A stretch of DNA of 64,000 bases from an uncultured Elusimicrobia bacterium (GCA_903889965.1 CAISZM010000027.1:220-64219), one strand, 5' to 3'; positions 1 through 9,206 are shown, numbered from the stretch's first letter. The notes: generated by a model not told the origin, from the sequence alone. Numbers and translations: made by a program.

Positions 1-269
1 GCGGCGAACATCTCGAGCGGCGTCTTCCAGTCGTCGCGCACGCCCTCTACAGCGGGGAACACCGTATGGCCGCCGCGCTCCAGCACGAAGCGGTAGAACT
101 TCATAGCGTGCGTCATCTCCTCCTGGGCCTGAACGTAAAGCCAGTTGGCCATACCCTTCAGGTTCATCTCGGTGCAGCGCGCCGACATACCCAGGTACAG
201 GTAGGCCGAGTAGATCTCGGCGTTGATCTGCTTATTTATAGCGTCTTCTATCTTTTGATTTATTTTCAT
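1..269 (-). CDS. Ferritin (non-heme, Ftn-like); N-terminal 89 codons only, 3' end runs off the window
   Basis: It is absent from the ORF track because it is truncated by the window edge. The reverse complement of 269..1 reads MKINQKIEDAINKQINAEIYSAYLYLGMSARCTEMNLKGMANWLYVQAQEEMTHAMKFYRFVLERGGHTVFPAVEG..., which carries ferritin diiron-site motifs (E..Y and QEEMTH). The ATG (269-267) is preceded by GGAGGA (rc of 275-280). Confidence 0.85.
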   Translation of the reverse strand, partial: MKINQKIEDAINKQINAEIYSAYLYLGMSARCTEMNLKGMANWLYVQAQEEMTHAMKFYRFVLERGGHTVFPAVEGVRDDWKTPLEMFA

Positions 270-455
270 ATATTCCTCCATACCAACTCCGCGCCGGACC
301 GGTTTCTGGCCGTAAAGGCGGCGGTAGATAATCCCCCCCATGATTATAATATAAAGCGCGTTAGAAAATAAGCCGCGTGCAATAATCCCCGCAACTGACT
401 CCCCTTCGCCCTTTTTTGTATCATAGGTTTTGGCGCCGGTGCGCGGTTTCCTGCG

Positions 456-956
456 ATGAAACACTTATTCAAACTAGAAGACTTCCTTGTTAAGGCTGAG
501 AAGGCCGCAGTGGTAGCGCTTATCTTCGCCATGGTGAGCCTCTCTTTTATGCAGGTGCTGCTGCGCATCTTCCTGCACTCAGGCATAGTCTGGCTGGACC
601 CGATGCTGCGCCACATGGTGCTCTGGGCCGGGCTGACCGGCGCGGCGCTGGCCGCGCGCTATTCGCGCCATTTCGCCCTGGAAGCCTTCGTAAAATTCGC
701 CCCCGCGCCCATGCACCGGCCGCTGGAGATCTTCGCCTCCGTTTTCACGGCGGCCGCCTCGGGCCTGCTCTTTTACGCCTCCTACAAATTCATACGCGAC
801 GAGTTCTCCTCCGGCTCGGTCGCCTTCTACATAAACAGTTTTCCCGTTAAAGGCGGCTGGGCCGAAATAATAATCCCGGCGGCTTTCGCGCTCATCGCTA
901 TCCATGCGCTGCTTTCCATCCTCAGGCCCAAAGACGCCGCTGGAGGCTGGATCTGA
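456..956 (+). CDS. dctQ: TRAP transporter small permease (DctQ family)
   Basis: The 166-aa hydrophobic ORF has about four TM segments and a DctQ-like sequence. Its stop overlaps the start of the downstream DctM ORF (TGATG at 954-958). Confidence 0.8.
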   Translation: MKHLFKLEDFLVKAEKAAVVALIFAMVSLSFMQVLLRIFLHSGIVWLDPMLRHMVLWAGLTGAALAARYSRHFALEAFVKFAPAPMHRPLEIFASVFTAAASGLLFYASYKFIRDEFSSGSVAFYINSFPVKGGWAEIIIPAAFALIAIHALLSILRPKDAAGGWI

Positions 957-2215
957 TGGGCATAGCGATAGGCCTTCTGATATTAGCCCTCGCCTTCCTC
1001 GGCGCGCCGGTGTTCACGCTGATAGGCACGGGTTCCATCTACCTCTTCTACAGCTCGCAGATAGACTCTTCGGCCGTGATAGTTGAAATGCTGCGGCTGG
1101 CCTCCCTGCCGGCTCTGATAGCTATACCGCTCTTCACCTTCTCGGGCTACATGCTGGCCGAAAGCCGCGCGCCGCAAAGGATGCTGGCGCTGGCGGAGGC
1201 GATGTTCGGGGCGCTGCCCGGCGGGCTCGCCATAGTGGCGCTCTTCACAACCGCGCTGTTTACGGCTTTCACCGGAGTTTCCGGCGTGACCATAATAGCG
1301 CTCGGCGGCCTGCTGTACCCCATGCTTTCGAAACAGGGCTACCCCGAAAAATTCACACTGGGCCTTCTCACCACTACCGGAAGCCTCGGCCTGCTTTTCC
1401 CCCCCAGCCTCCCTATCATCCTTTACGGCCTGGTGGCGAAGATCGACATAGACAAACTTTTCAAGGCCGGCCTGCTGCCCGGTGTACTGCTGCTGGCCGT
1501 ACTTTCGGTTTATGCCTTTTTCACGGCTAAAAGGTCCGGCGTAAAACCGACTCCTTTTTCATTCGCCGCGCTAAAGAGAGCCGCGCGGGCGGCGGCCTGG
1601 GAAATACCGCTGCCTTTCGTGATCATCGGCGGGATATACATGGGCCTGTTCACGGCAAGCGAGGCGGCCTCGGTGATGGCTTTTTATGTGCTGGTAGCGG
1701 AAGTGTTTATCTACAGGGATCTTGAACTCTTCAGGGACATACCGCATGTGGCGGTCAAGAGCATGCTGCTGGTGGGCGCGATCTTCATGGTGCTGGGCAC
1801 GGCGCTGGGCTTCACCAATTACCTGATAGACGCGCAGATACCAGACAGGATCTTCGCCTGGATACACATCTTCGTCTCCGGCAAGGTGATGTTCCTGGTC
1901 CTGCTCAACTCTTTCCTGCTGGTCATCAACATGATAGAGATCTTCTCGGCGATAATCATAGTGGTTCCCATCATCGTGCCGGTGGCCGCCCAGTACGGCA
2001 TAGACCCGGTGCACCTGGGGATAATTTTCCTGCTGAACCTGGAGATAGGGTATATGCTGCCGCCCCTCGGCCTGAACCTGTTCCTGGCGAGCTCCCGCTT
2101 CAACAGGAAACTGCCCGAGCTTTACCGCGCCACGGGACCTTTCCTGCTGATACTGCTGGGAATGCTCGCGCTGGTCACCTACCTGCCGGCCTTGAGCCTC
2201 ATAGGCGTGAAGTAA
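956..2215 (+). CDS. dctM: TRAP transporter large permease (DctM family)
   Basis: The 419-aa polytopic ORF has a typical DctM sequence (..FTFSGYMLAESRAPQRM.., ..NLEIGYMLPPLGLNLF..) and is translationally coupled to dctQ. Confidence 0.9.
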   Translation: MGIAIGLLILALAFLGAPVFTLIGTGSIYLFYSSQIDSSAVIVEMLRLASLPALIAIPLFTFSGYMLAESRAPQRMLALAEAMFGALPGGLAIVALFTTALFTAFTGVSGVTIIALGGLLYPMLSKQGYPEKFTLGLLTTTGSLGLLFPPSLPIILYGLVAKIDIDKLFKAGLLPGVLLLAVLSVYAFFTAKRSGVKPTPFSFAALKRAARAAAWEIPLPFVIIGGIYMGLFTASEAASVMAFYVLVAEVFIYRDLELFRDIPHVAVKSMLLVGAIFMVLGTALGFTNYLIDAQIPDRIFAWIHIFVSGKVMFLVLLNSFLLVINMIEIFSAIIIVVPIIVPVAAQYGIDPVHLGIIFLLNLEIGYMLPPLGLNLFLASSRFNRKLPELYRATGPFLLILLGMLALVTYLPALSLIGVK

Positions 2216-2219
2216 GCGC

Positions 2220-3227
2220 CTAGATCTCGCGGTCGGCCTTATCGAACCGCACCTCGGAATTTTCCCCCACGTTCAGGTGGTCCTTCCTGCCGGCCACGAC
2301 CGCGTTGGGCCCCACCAGCGAGCAGCACAGGCTCATGTCCGTTATCGTCGCGCCCTCGTTCACTATGGAGTCCGAGATTATGGAGGAGACTATCTTCGCG
2401 CCGTCGCCTATGGAGGCGTAGGGCCCCACTACGGAGTTCTCCACCCTTGCCGTAGGAGACACGTATACCGGCGGGATGAACACCGAGTTTTTGGCTTTCG
2501 GGTAGAATTTTTTCTTATCCAGCACGAAACGGTTGGTTTTCAGCAGGGTTTCCGGCTTGCCGCAATCGTACCAGCCCGCTATCGGCATCGCCTTTATTTT
2601 GTGGCCGCTTTTCACCATCAGGGCCAGCGCGTCGGTGAATTGTATCTCGCCCCGGGTGGTCCGTCCGGAATCCACCAGTTTCTCAAGACTCCGGTAGAGA
2701 AGCGAGGAATTGCGGAAGGCGTATATGCCCACTATCGCCAGGTTGGTCTTCGGCTTATCCGGTTTCTCCACCATGGCCGAAATATACTCCCCCTTTACCT
2801 CCACCACGCCGAAACGGCGCGGGTCCTCCACCGCTTTCACCGCTATGCAATCCTCTTTCGAAGCCATGAACCCGGGAAGGTCGGCATCGAATATCGTATC
2901 ACCCAGCACCACCATAAGCGGACCCGCCACGCAGCCGCGCGTCAGCCAGATAGCATGGCCAAGTCCCTTCGGTTCGCTCTGCTCCACGTAGGAGACTTCC
3001 AGGCGTTGATAGTTTTTTCCTACATATTCCTTTATCTTGTCGCCGAAGACGCCCGTGACCAGACATATCTTTTTTATCCCGGCGGCGGATAATTCATCGA
3101 GTATATGGCCGATTATCGGCTTGTCGCCCACGGTGAGCAGCACCTTGGGATAGGTATAGGTATGCGGGCGCAGACGTGTACCGGCCCCGGCCACGGGGAC
3201 CACCGCGGTGAATTGATCTTTTTTCAT
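2220..3227 (-). CDS. Sugar-1-phosphate nucleotidyltransferase with C-terminal left-handed beta-helix domain
   Basis: The N-terminus AVVPVAGAGTRLRPHTYTYPKVLL is the G-x-G-T-R-L NTP-transferase signature. The C-terminal third contains hexapeptide-like repeats (VGPYASIGDGAKIVSSIISDSIV..). Confidence 0.8.
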   Translation of the reverse strand: MKKDQFTAVVPVAGAGTRLRPHTYTYPKVLLTVGDKPIIGHILDELSAAGIKKICLVTGVFGDKIKEYVGKNYQRLEVSYVEQSEPKGLGHAIWLTRGCVAGPLMVVLGDTIFDADLPGFMASKEDCIAVKAVEDPRRFGVVEVKGEYISAMVEKPDKPKTNLAIVGIYAFRNSSLLYRSLEKLVDSGRTTRGEIQFTDALALMVKSGHKIKAMPIAGWYDCGKPETLLKTNRFVLDKKKFYPKAKNSVFIPPVYVSPTARVENSVVGPYASIGDGAKIVSSIISDSIVNEGATITDMSLCCSLVGPNAVVAGRKDHLNVGENSEVRFDKADREI

Positions 3228-3299
3228 AATACTCTCCCTCGCCTTTCCTTACTGTTATAAAAAACCGCGCCAACCTTTCCGGCTTGCCGCCCGCCCTCT

Positions 3300-4553
3300 T
3301 TAATCCGCCGTCAGCTGGCGGTGCACTTCCTGGTAGTCAGGCGCTTTTTTCAGGCCGGCCTTCGCGTATTTTTTGGAGTCCCAGAAATTGGGCCGTCCCG
3401 CCGCCGTCGCGTAGTCTTTCAGCGCGTCATCGCGCCGCCCGAGCAGGTCCAGCGCCTGCGCGCGGCGGAGGTAGCAATAAGTTACCCAGCCCTTTTCAGG
3501 GAAGATCGTTTTTTCTATCCCGGTCGTAAACCAGCCCATGGCCTCTTCATACCGGTTCAGCGCCAGGAGCGCGTCCCCGGCGGACAGGTAGATCATCGCC
3601 AGCTGCTGTTCGAGCCCCTTCTGCGGCTTGACCTGCCAGGCGCCGAGGAAAGCTTCGCACTCGTCCAGAACACCCTGCCAGTCCTGCGCGCTCAGATGCG
3701 TCATTATCTCGCCGAGCCTGAACAGCATATTGGTGGGGTCCATGGTTCGCAGTTCGCTGGTCTCTGCATAGGCCGCCTTAAAATCCTTCTCGTGCATGGA
3801 ATATATCTCCACGAGGAAGAACCGCGCCTCCACCTTGAAGAATCGTCCCTTATCCTTGGCGAGCTTCACATATTGTATGCCGCGCTCCCTGTCACCCCCC
3901 ACGAAAAGCCTGGCACCGAGGCCGAGCGCCCCGGGGAGCGTGGCCGCGTAGTAGTCGAAGATGCCCAGGCCCAGGTAAGCGTCGTAAACGGCGGGGTTCG
4001 TCTCTACGCATTTTTTCAGGAATTTGCGGCCCTTCTTGCCGCGCCGGTAGGCCTTGAACCAGCTGCGCTGCACGGCGAACCAGCGGCCCTGCAGGCCGTA
4101 TGCGCTGCCCATAAAAAAATAGGCCTGGTCGAGATTCCTGCCTTGCTTAACCATCTTCTCGGACAGTTCTATAACCTTGTCCGAATTGGTGATGAACTCG
4201 CCCTCGATCGCGTCGAAGCTGCCCTGCGTATCGAAATTCTGCGAATAGCGCCACCATGAAAGGGCGGCCAGCGCGAAATAACCGGCCGGACTTTCCGGGT
4301 CCAATTTAACTATCTCGCGGAATTCTTCATCGGCTTTTCCCAGCTCCAGCCGGTACATGTAAGCTATGCCGCGGTCATATCTCTCGTCGGCGCCGGGGCT
4401 GAGGGTGAAAGGCCTGGTGGAGGCGTTCAGGTCCACGAGCGCCGGCCCGAGGCCGTCATCGTCGGCACGGAACGAGTCGGCATCCCGCGGCGGCTGCGCG
4501 CAAACAGGTCCCGAGAGCAAAAACAGCAATAAGAATGTTCTCATAAATTTCAA
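3300..4553 (-). CDS. Exported all-helical TPR-like protein, function unknown
   Basis: The 417-aa ORF has a signal-peptide-like N-terminus (MKFMRTFLLLFLLSGPVCAQ) and helical-repeat character (..YEEAMGWF.., ..RRAQALDLLGRRDDALKDY..). It is co-directional with the DUF1634/TauE/patatin genes upstream. Confidence 0.6.
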   Translation of the reverse strand: MKFMRTFLLLFLLSGPVCAQPPRDADSFRADDDGLGPALVDLNASTRPFTLSPGADERYDRGIAYMYRLELGKADEEFREIVKLDPESPAGYFALAALSWWRYSQNFDTQGSFDAIEGEFITNSDKVIELSEKMVKQGRNLDQAYFFMGSAYGLQGRWFAVQRSWFKAYRRGKKGRKFLKKCVETNPAVYDAYLGLGIFDYYAATLPGALGLGARLFVGGDRERGIQYVKLAKDKGRFFKVEARFFLVEIYSMHEKDFKAAYAETSELRTMDPTNMLFRLGEIMTHLSAQDWQGVLDECEAFLGAWQVKPQKGLEQQLAMIYLSAGDALLALNRYEEAMGWFTTGIEKTIFPEKGWVTYCYLRRAQALDLLGRRDDALKDYATAAGRPNFWDSKKYAKAGLKKAPDYQEVHRQLTAD

Positions 4554-4557
4554 AGCC

Positions 4558-4839
4558 TCACACGAGCGCGGATACCGCCAGCAGCGCCAGCACCATTACG
4601 GAAGCAAGCGCGAAATAATCCTCCCCGCCCCGCCAGTAGCCGTAAACCAGCATGACCACGCGCGCGGCGGGAGTGAGCAGCAGCGCGAGGAGCCCCGCCT
4701 TAAGTATGCCTGCGCCCTGGGGAGAACCGGAGATCAAAAAAGCGAATCCGGTAAATATAAGCGCGGAGCTCAGGAATACCCCGGCCAGGAGCGTGCGCTG
4801 TATAAGTTTAGAAAATTTTTTATCGTTAAATGTATCCAT
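4558..4839 (-). CDS. Small membrane protein, DUF1634-like
   Basis: The 93-aa ORF has three hydrophobic segments. It lies immediately downstream of a TauE/SafE gene, which is the usual partner of DUF1634 proteins. Confidence 0.6.
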   Translation of the reverse strand: MDTFNDKKFSKLIQRTLLAGVFLSSALIFTGFAFLISGSPQGAGILKAGLLALLLTPAARVVMLVYGYWRGGEDYFALASVMVLALLAVSALV

Positions 4840-4858
4840 GACGCCCTCGCTGTCCCGC

Positions 4859-5704
4859 CTAGAACGCCGTCATCAGCATCTTCACACCCACAAGCAGCGT
4901 CAGCGCTGAAAAAGCCAGCTGCAGCTTCTCCGCCCTGACGCGGTACAGCGCGTACATGCCCAGGAACGAGCCTATAAGCACGCCCAGCACCGTAACGGCC
5001 GTAACCTCCAGCGGCATCAACCCCCTGCGGAAATAGACATACGCGCTGGCCGCGGCCGAGACGCCAATGATAAAGTTGCTCGTGGCGGCGGCGGCCTTCA
5101 TAGGCACGCCGCACATCAGGTTCATCACCGGCACCTGAACTATGCCGCCCCCTATGCCGAGCAGTCCGGACAGGGAGCCGGCCACAAAGGAAACTAAAGA
5201 GGCCGGTGCTATGTTGCGCACCCCGTACGAGGTATGCGCCGCCAGGGCCGGGTCGAAGAAGGCCGAATCGAAAGACGAACTTCCCCCCGCCCCGGGCGCG
5301 GCGGCGGAAACCGGCTTTTTCAGCGAATGCCTCCCCTTCATGAACATCAGGACCGACGCGGGGAAAAGCATGAGCGCGAACATCAGCTGCACGGAGCCTG
5401 CGTCGAGCCGGCTCGACACCAGCGCCCCGGCTATGGACCCCGCCGCGGTAGTGACCTCCAGCGTTATCCCGAGCCTGATGTTGGCGAGCCCGCGCTCGAC
5501 GTTCACCGCAGCGACGGCGCTTGACGTGGCTATTATGGCGGCGAGCGAGGCCGCCACCGCCTGGTGTATGGGTATCTTGAGGACAAGCACCAGGAAGGGC
5601 ACCATAAATATGCCGCCCCCTACACCCAGGGCGGACCCGAGAAGGCCCACAAAAACGCCCATGGCCAGCAGCATAATGAAATTAAACGCGGTAAGCTCGA
5701 ACAT
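4859..5704 (-). CDS. TauE/SafE family anion (sulfite/organosulfonate) exporter
   Basis: The 281-aa polytopic ORF has duplicated G-x-GGG motifs (LGSALGVGGGIFMVP and LSGLLGIGGGIVQVP), typical of TauE/SafE. Confidence 0.85.
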   Translation of the reverse strand: MFELTAFNFIMLLAMGVFVGLLGSALGVGGGIFMVPFLVLVLKIPIHQAVAASLAAIIATSSAVAAVNVERGLANIRLGITLEVTTAAGSIAGALVSSRLDAGSVQLMFALMLFPASVLMFMKGRHSLKKPVSAAAPGAGGSSSFDSAFFDPALAAHTSYGVRNIAPASLVSFVAGSLSGLLGIGGGIVQVPVMNLMCGVPMKAAAATSNFIIGVSAAASAYVYFRRGLMPLEVTAVTVLGVLIGSFLGMYALYRVRAEKLQLAFSALTLLVGVKMLMTAF

Positions 5705-5710
5705 GATTGC

Positions 5711-6640
5711 CTATGGCCGCTTCTCCATGCCGCTGAGGAACAGTTTAGCCTCGGCTTCGCCTATGTCGAAGGCTTTTTCGCACTTCGCCCCGTCGAATTC
5801 CAGCATATTAAGGCCGAGGTCGATCGGAGGCTTTATCAGGTGGACGTCCGGCTCGGATTTAATGAAGACGCGCGACTCGTATACCTTCTGCGTGTGTATG
5901 GCCAGCATACGCCGCGCCTTGCGTTCGAAATACCCGAACGGCCCCCTGGCGGGATAATCGAGGTCCGCGTCCCGCGAGTTGCCTATCATTATCACCGTGC
6001 GGCAGCCCTCAAAAAAGTTCAGGTTTATGGTGGCTATGCCTATCACGCCCCCGTCCACAAGGTGGTATTTACGCCCGTGCTCCACCACCGTCACCGGCGG
6101 GAACACCATCGGGATGGAGCAGCTGGCTACAAGCGCGTCCGTGAAGGAAAGGTTATGCCCCTGTGTAGAGCCGTCGAAAGCCGCTATGTAGGGGAGTTTG
6201 ATCTCGACGGCGTGGCTTATCACGTAGAACTTTATATTCCTCGGGAACTGGGGGCCGCTGCGCACCAGCCAGTTATTAAGCAGGTCGTAAAGCGGCTTAT
6301 TGGAGAAAAGGGTCAGCTTGGCCAGGCGGTTCTGAAAAAAGAAATTCGCCTTGTTCACTATGCTTCCGCCGTCATGCTGGTAAAGCTGCAGCGGTATGTT
6401 GTGATACCTGGGCCTCAGGTCCAGTATGGATGCCGGCTTCATGGCGCCCCAGATCCGGCGCAGGTCGCCGGTCTTGTTATAGCAGTACGCGGCTCCGTTC
6501 AGCGAGCCCACGCTGAATCCGGCCACGGCGTCGAAATGCACTCCCTGGCGGACCAGTTCGGTAAGCACCCCCGACTGCCAGGAACCCAGCGCTCCGCCGC
6601 CGCAAAGAAAAAGACCCACCGGCCCCTTGAATTTCGACAT
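5711..6640 (-). CDS. Patatin-like phospholipase (cytoplasmic type)
   Basis: It carries the oxyanion motif CGGGALGSW, the nucleophile elbow GFSVGSLNG (GxSxG) and the catalytic Asp motif LVDGGV. No signal peptide is present. Confidence 0.85.
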   Translation of the reverse strand: MSKFKGPVGLFLCGGGALGSWQSGVLTELVRQGVHFDAVAGFSVGSLNGAAYCYNKTGDLRRIWGAMKPASILDLRPRYHNIPLQLYQHDGGSIVNKANFFFQNRLAKLTLFSNKPLYDLLNNWLVRSGPQFPRNIKFYVISHAVEIKLPYIAAFDGSTQGHNLSFTDALVASCSIPMVFPPVTVVEHGRKYHLVDGGVIGIATINLNFFEGCRTVIMIGNSRDADLDYPARGPFGYFERKARRMLAIHTQKVYESRVFIKSEPDVHLIKPPIDLGLNMLEFDGAKCEKAFDIGEAEAKLFLSGMEKRP

Positions 6641-6743
6641 AATATTCTTAATCCGCTCTCAAAATAATAGAATATCATTGTAGCACAATGGGGCCTTTTC
6701 GGCCCGCGGCGCACGGCGGCGGTCGAAGCGTACTGAACCTTTT

Positions 6744-7793
6744 ATGTCTGACTACCTGATAATAGCGGGGCTTGCGGCGATAATGGGCCTGACACTGCTC
6801 CTCCCGTTTTCCGTGAAACGCGTGGAGGAGGACCTTGAAGCCTTCCTGTTCGTAATGGGCCTGGCCGCGGTCAGCATCTCGGGCCTGTGGAGCATCGGCC
6901 TCATCGAAAAAGCCTTCCGGGAACCCCTGGCTATAACGGCCGCCGTCGCCGTGGTCGGCTGGCTCTTCCGCCTGGCGCGCCCGCGCCTCCGGGGCTGGAT
7001 GGAGTCGCTCACCGGCATGTTGGGCCTCAACTGGTCCATATTCATCATAGTGGCCGTACTGGGCCTCGGCTCCAGCGTCTTCACGGCCATAGTGTCCGCC
7101 ATAATGCTGGCCGAAGTGGTGACCGTTCTCAAGCTTCCCCGCGCCTACGAGATAAAACTCACGGTTTACGCCTGCTACGCCATCGGCCTTGGGGCCGCCT
7201 TGACGCCGCTTGGCGAGCCGCTTTCCACGATAGTAATTTCAAAACTCAAAGGCCCGCCGCATGACGCTGACTTTTTTTACCTTGTGAGGCACCTGGGAGC
7301 GTGGATAGTGCCGGGAGTGTTGCTTTGCGCGGCGCTGGCCGCCCGCGGCGCCAAGAGCGCCGATACGGGCGCACCCGGTCTCAGCGAGGACGCGCACGAC
7401 TCCGGCAGGGACATCCTCAGGAGGGCCGGCAAAGTTTACATCTTCGTCGCGGCCCTGATATTCCTGGGCTCCGGCCTCACCCAGCTGGCCGAGCGTTTCG
7501 TGGCGCATCTGCCCACCTGGGCCCTTTTCTGGGCCAACTCCGTGTCCGCCATCCTGGACAACGCCACTCTGGCCGCCGCCGAGATAGCCCCCGTCATGAC
7601 GGACAGGCAGATAACTTTCATCCTGATGGGACTGCTGATCTCGGGCGGCATGCTTATCCCGGGCAATATCCCGAACATCGTAAGTTCGGCCAAGCTCAGG
7701 ATAAAGTCGCGGGAGTGGGCGAAAGCGGCTCTTCCCCTGGGCGGCGTACTGATGCTTGGTTATTTTATTTTGATGACGCTGATGGTACAATGA
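6744..7793 (+). CDS. Polytopic membrane protein, possibly DUF1646-type putative cation transporter
   Basis: The 349-aa ORF has about 10 hydrophobic segments. The family call rests on recalled resemblance only. Confidence 0.5.
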   Translation: MSDYLIIAGLAAIMGLTLLLPFSVKRVEEDLEAFLFVMGLAAVSISGLWSIGLIEKAFREPLAITAAVAVVGWLFRLARPRLRGWMESLTGMLGLNWSIFIIVAVLGLGSSVFTAIVSAIMLAEVVTVLKLPRAYEIKLTVYACYAIGLGAALTPLGEPLSTIVISKLKGPPHDADFFYLVRHLGAWIVPGVLLCAALAARGAKSADTGAPGLSEDAHDSGRDILRRAGKVYIFVAALIFLGSGLTQLAERFVAHLPTWALFWANSVSAILDNATLAAAEIAPVMTDRQITFILMGLLISGGMLIPGNIPNIVSSAKLRIKSREWAKAALPLGGVLMLGYFILMTLMVQ

Positions 7794-7820
7794 AGCGGGA
7801 ACATTAAGGAGACAACTTAC

Positions 7821-9206
7821 ATGGAACACGAATGGAAAACCATAATAGAGCCTTTCAAGATAAAGAGCGTCGAACCGCTGGGCCTGACTACCCGGGCGGA
7901 GCGGCTTGAGGCCCTGGAGCGGGCGCATTACAACCTTTTCAATATCAAGGCCGAGAAGGTGCTGATAGACCTTCTGACCGACAGCGGCACCGGCGCCATG
8001 AGCGCGGCCCAGTGGGGCGGGATAATGACGGGCGACGAATCCTACGCCGGCGCGCGCAGCTACTACAATTTCGAGAACGAGATACGCGCCCTGACCGGCT
8101 TCGACGAGATAATACCGGTGCACCAGGGCCGGGCCGCGGAGAAGATACTTTTCTCCGTGATAGGCGGGAAAGGCCGGTACATAATATCCAACTCCCACTT
8201 CGACACCACCCGCGCCAACGTGGAATTCTCGGGCGCGGAAGCCATGGACTTCCCGGTTAAAGAGGCCCTGGACTTCGACAAACCCGCCCCGTTCAAGGGC
8301 AACGCCGACGTACCCGCGATGGCGAAGTTCATCAAGGAAATAGGCGCGGCAAATATTCCCCTCTGCGTTATGACCGTCACCAACAACTCGCTGGGCGGCC
8401 AGCCGGTCTCCATGGAGAACCTGAAAGCCGTCCAGAACCTGTGCCGCAAGCACGGCATACCCATGTTCCTGGACTGCGCCCGCTTCGCCGAAAACGCCTA
8501 TTTAATAAAGCTGCGCGAGAAGGGCTACGCCCAGTGCCCAGTGCGCGAAATAGCGGAGGAGATGTTCGAGCTGGCGGACGGAGCCTGGATGAGCTGCAAA
8601 AAAGACGCGCTGGTGAACATCGGCGGTTTCCTCGCCATGAACAACCGCGAATGGTCGGGCAAAGCCCGCCAGCTGCTGATACTCACCGAAGGTTTCAGCA
8701 CCTACGGCGGCCTGGCCGGACGCGACCTGGAGGCCGTGGCCATAGGCCTGCGCGAGGTGCTGGACGAGAACTACCTGCGCTACCGCATACGCTCGGCGCA
8801 GTACCTGGGAGAAGGGCTGCTTAAGCACGGCGTGCCTATAATAAACCCTCCCGGCGGCCACGGCGTTTACGTCAACGCCAAGAAATTCCTGCCCCGCATT
8901 TCCCCCTCCAATTTCCCGGCCCAGGCCCTGGGCTGCGCGCTCTACCTCGAGGGAGGCATACGCGGCGTGGAGATAGGCACGCTGATGTTCGGCCGCCGCG
9001 ACCCGAAGGGCGCCTTCCTGCCGGCCCCCATGGAACTGCTGCGCCTGGCGATGCCGCGCCGCGTGTACACACAAAGCCATATAGACTACGTTATAGAGGT
9101 TTTCGGCTGGCTGGCGAAGAACAAGGAGTCAATAAAAGGCCTGGAAATAGTGGAGGCGCCGGCGATACTTCCGCACTTCACCGCCAAGCTGAAGCCGGCG
9201 AAATAG
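7821..9206 (+). CDS. tnaA: Tryptophanase (beta-eliminating lyase family, PLP-dependent)
   Basis: It shows end-to-end resemblance to TnaA/TPL: IIEPFKIKSVEP, DLLTDSGTGAMS, the PLP-Lys motif SCKKDALVNIGG, and the C-terminus LLRLAMPRRVYTQSHIDYVIE...LPHFTAKLK. The HFDTTR motif has Asp where tyrosine phenol-lyase has Thr. AAGGAG lies 9 nt upstream of the ATG. Confidence 0.78.
   Translation: MEHEWKTIIEPFKIKSVEPLGLTTRAERLEALERAHYNLFNIKAEKVLIDLLTDSGTGAMSAAQWGGIMTGDESYAGARSYYNFENEIRALTGFDEIIPVHQGRAAEKILFSVIGGKGRYIISNSHFDTTRANVEFSGAEAMDFPVKEALDFDKPAPFKGNADVPAMAKFIKEIGAANIPLCVMTVTNNSLGGQPVSMENLKAVQNLCRKHGIPMFLDCARFAENAYLIKLREKGYAQCPVREIAEEMFELADGAWMSCKKDALVNIGGFLAMNNREWSGKARQLLILTEGFSTYGGLAGRDLEAVAIGLREVLDENYLRYRIRSAQYLGEGLLKHGVPIINPPGGHGVYVNAKKFLPRISPSNFPAQALGCALYLEGGIRGVEIGTLMFGRRDPKGAFLPAPMELLRLAMPRRVYTQSHIDYVIEVFGWLAKNKESIKGLEIVEAPAILPHFTAKLKPAK

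Noticed and set aside
344-616. A 90-aa ORF on the - strand lies in and around the ferritin/dctQ spacer (also 66..371 +, 101 aa).
   Set aside because: The 66..371 ORF is antisense to the ferritin gene. The 344..616 ORF overlaps the dctQ start in antisense, and it has no RBS or recognisable features.
5711-6640. The cytoplasmic patatin could be a CBASS-type or other anti-phage effector.
   Set aside because: No cyclase/nucleotidyltransferase, SMODS, SAVED, TIR or other defence-associated partner is adjacent. Its neighbours are a TauE exporter and membrane proteins in an apparently housekeeping operon.
7239-8453. A 404-aa ORF on the - strand.
   Set aside because: It is antisense to the membrane protein and tryptophanase genes. 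It has a shadow-ORF composition and no motifs.
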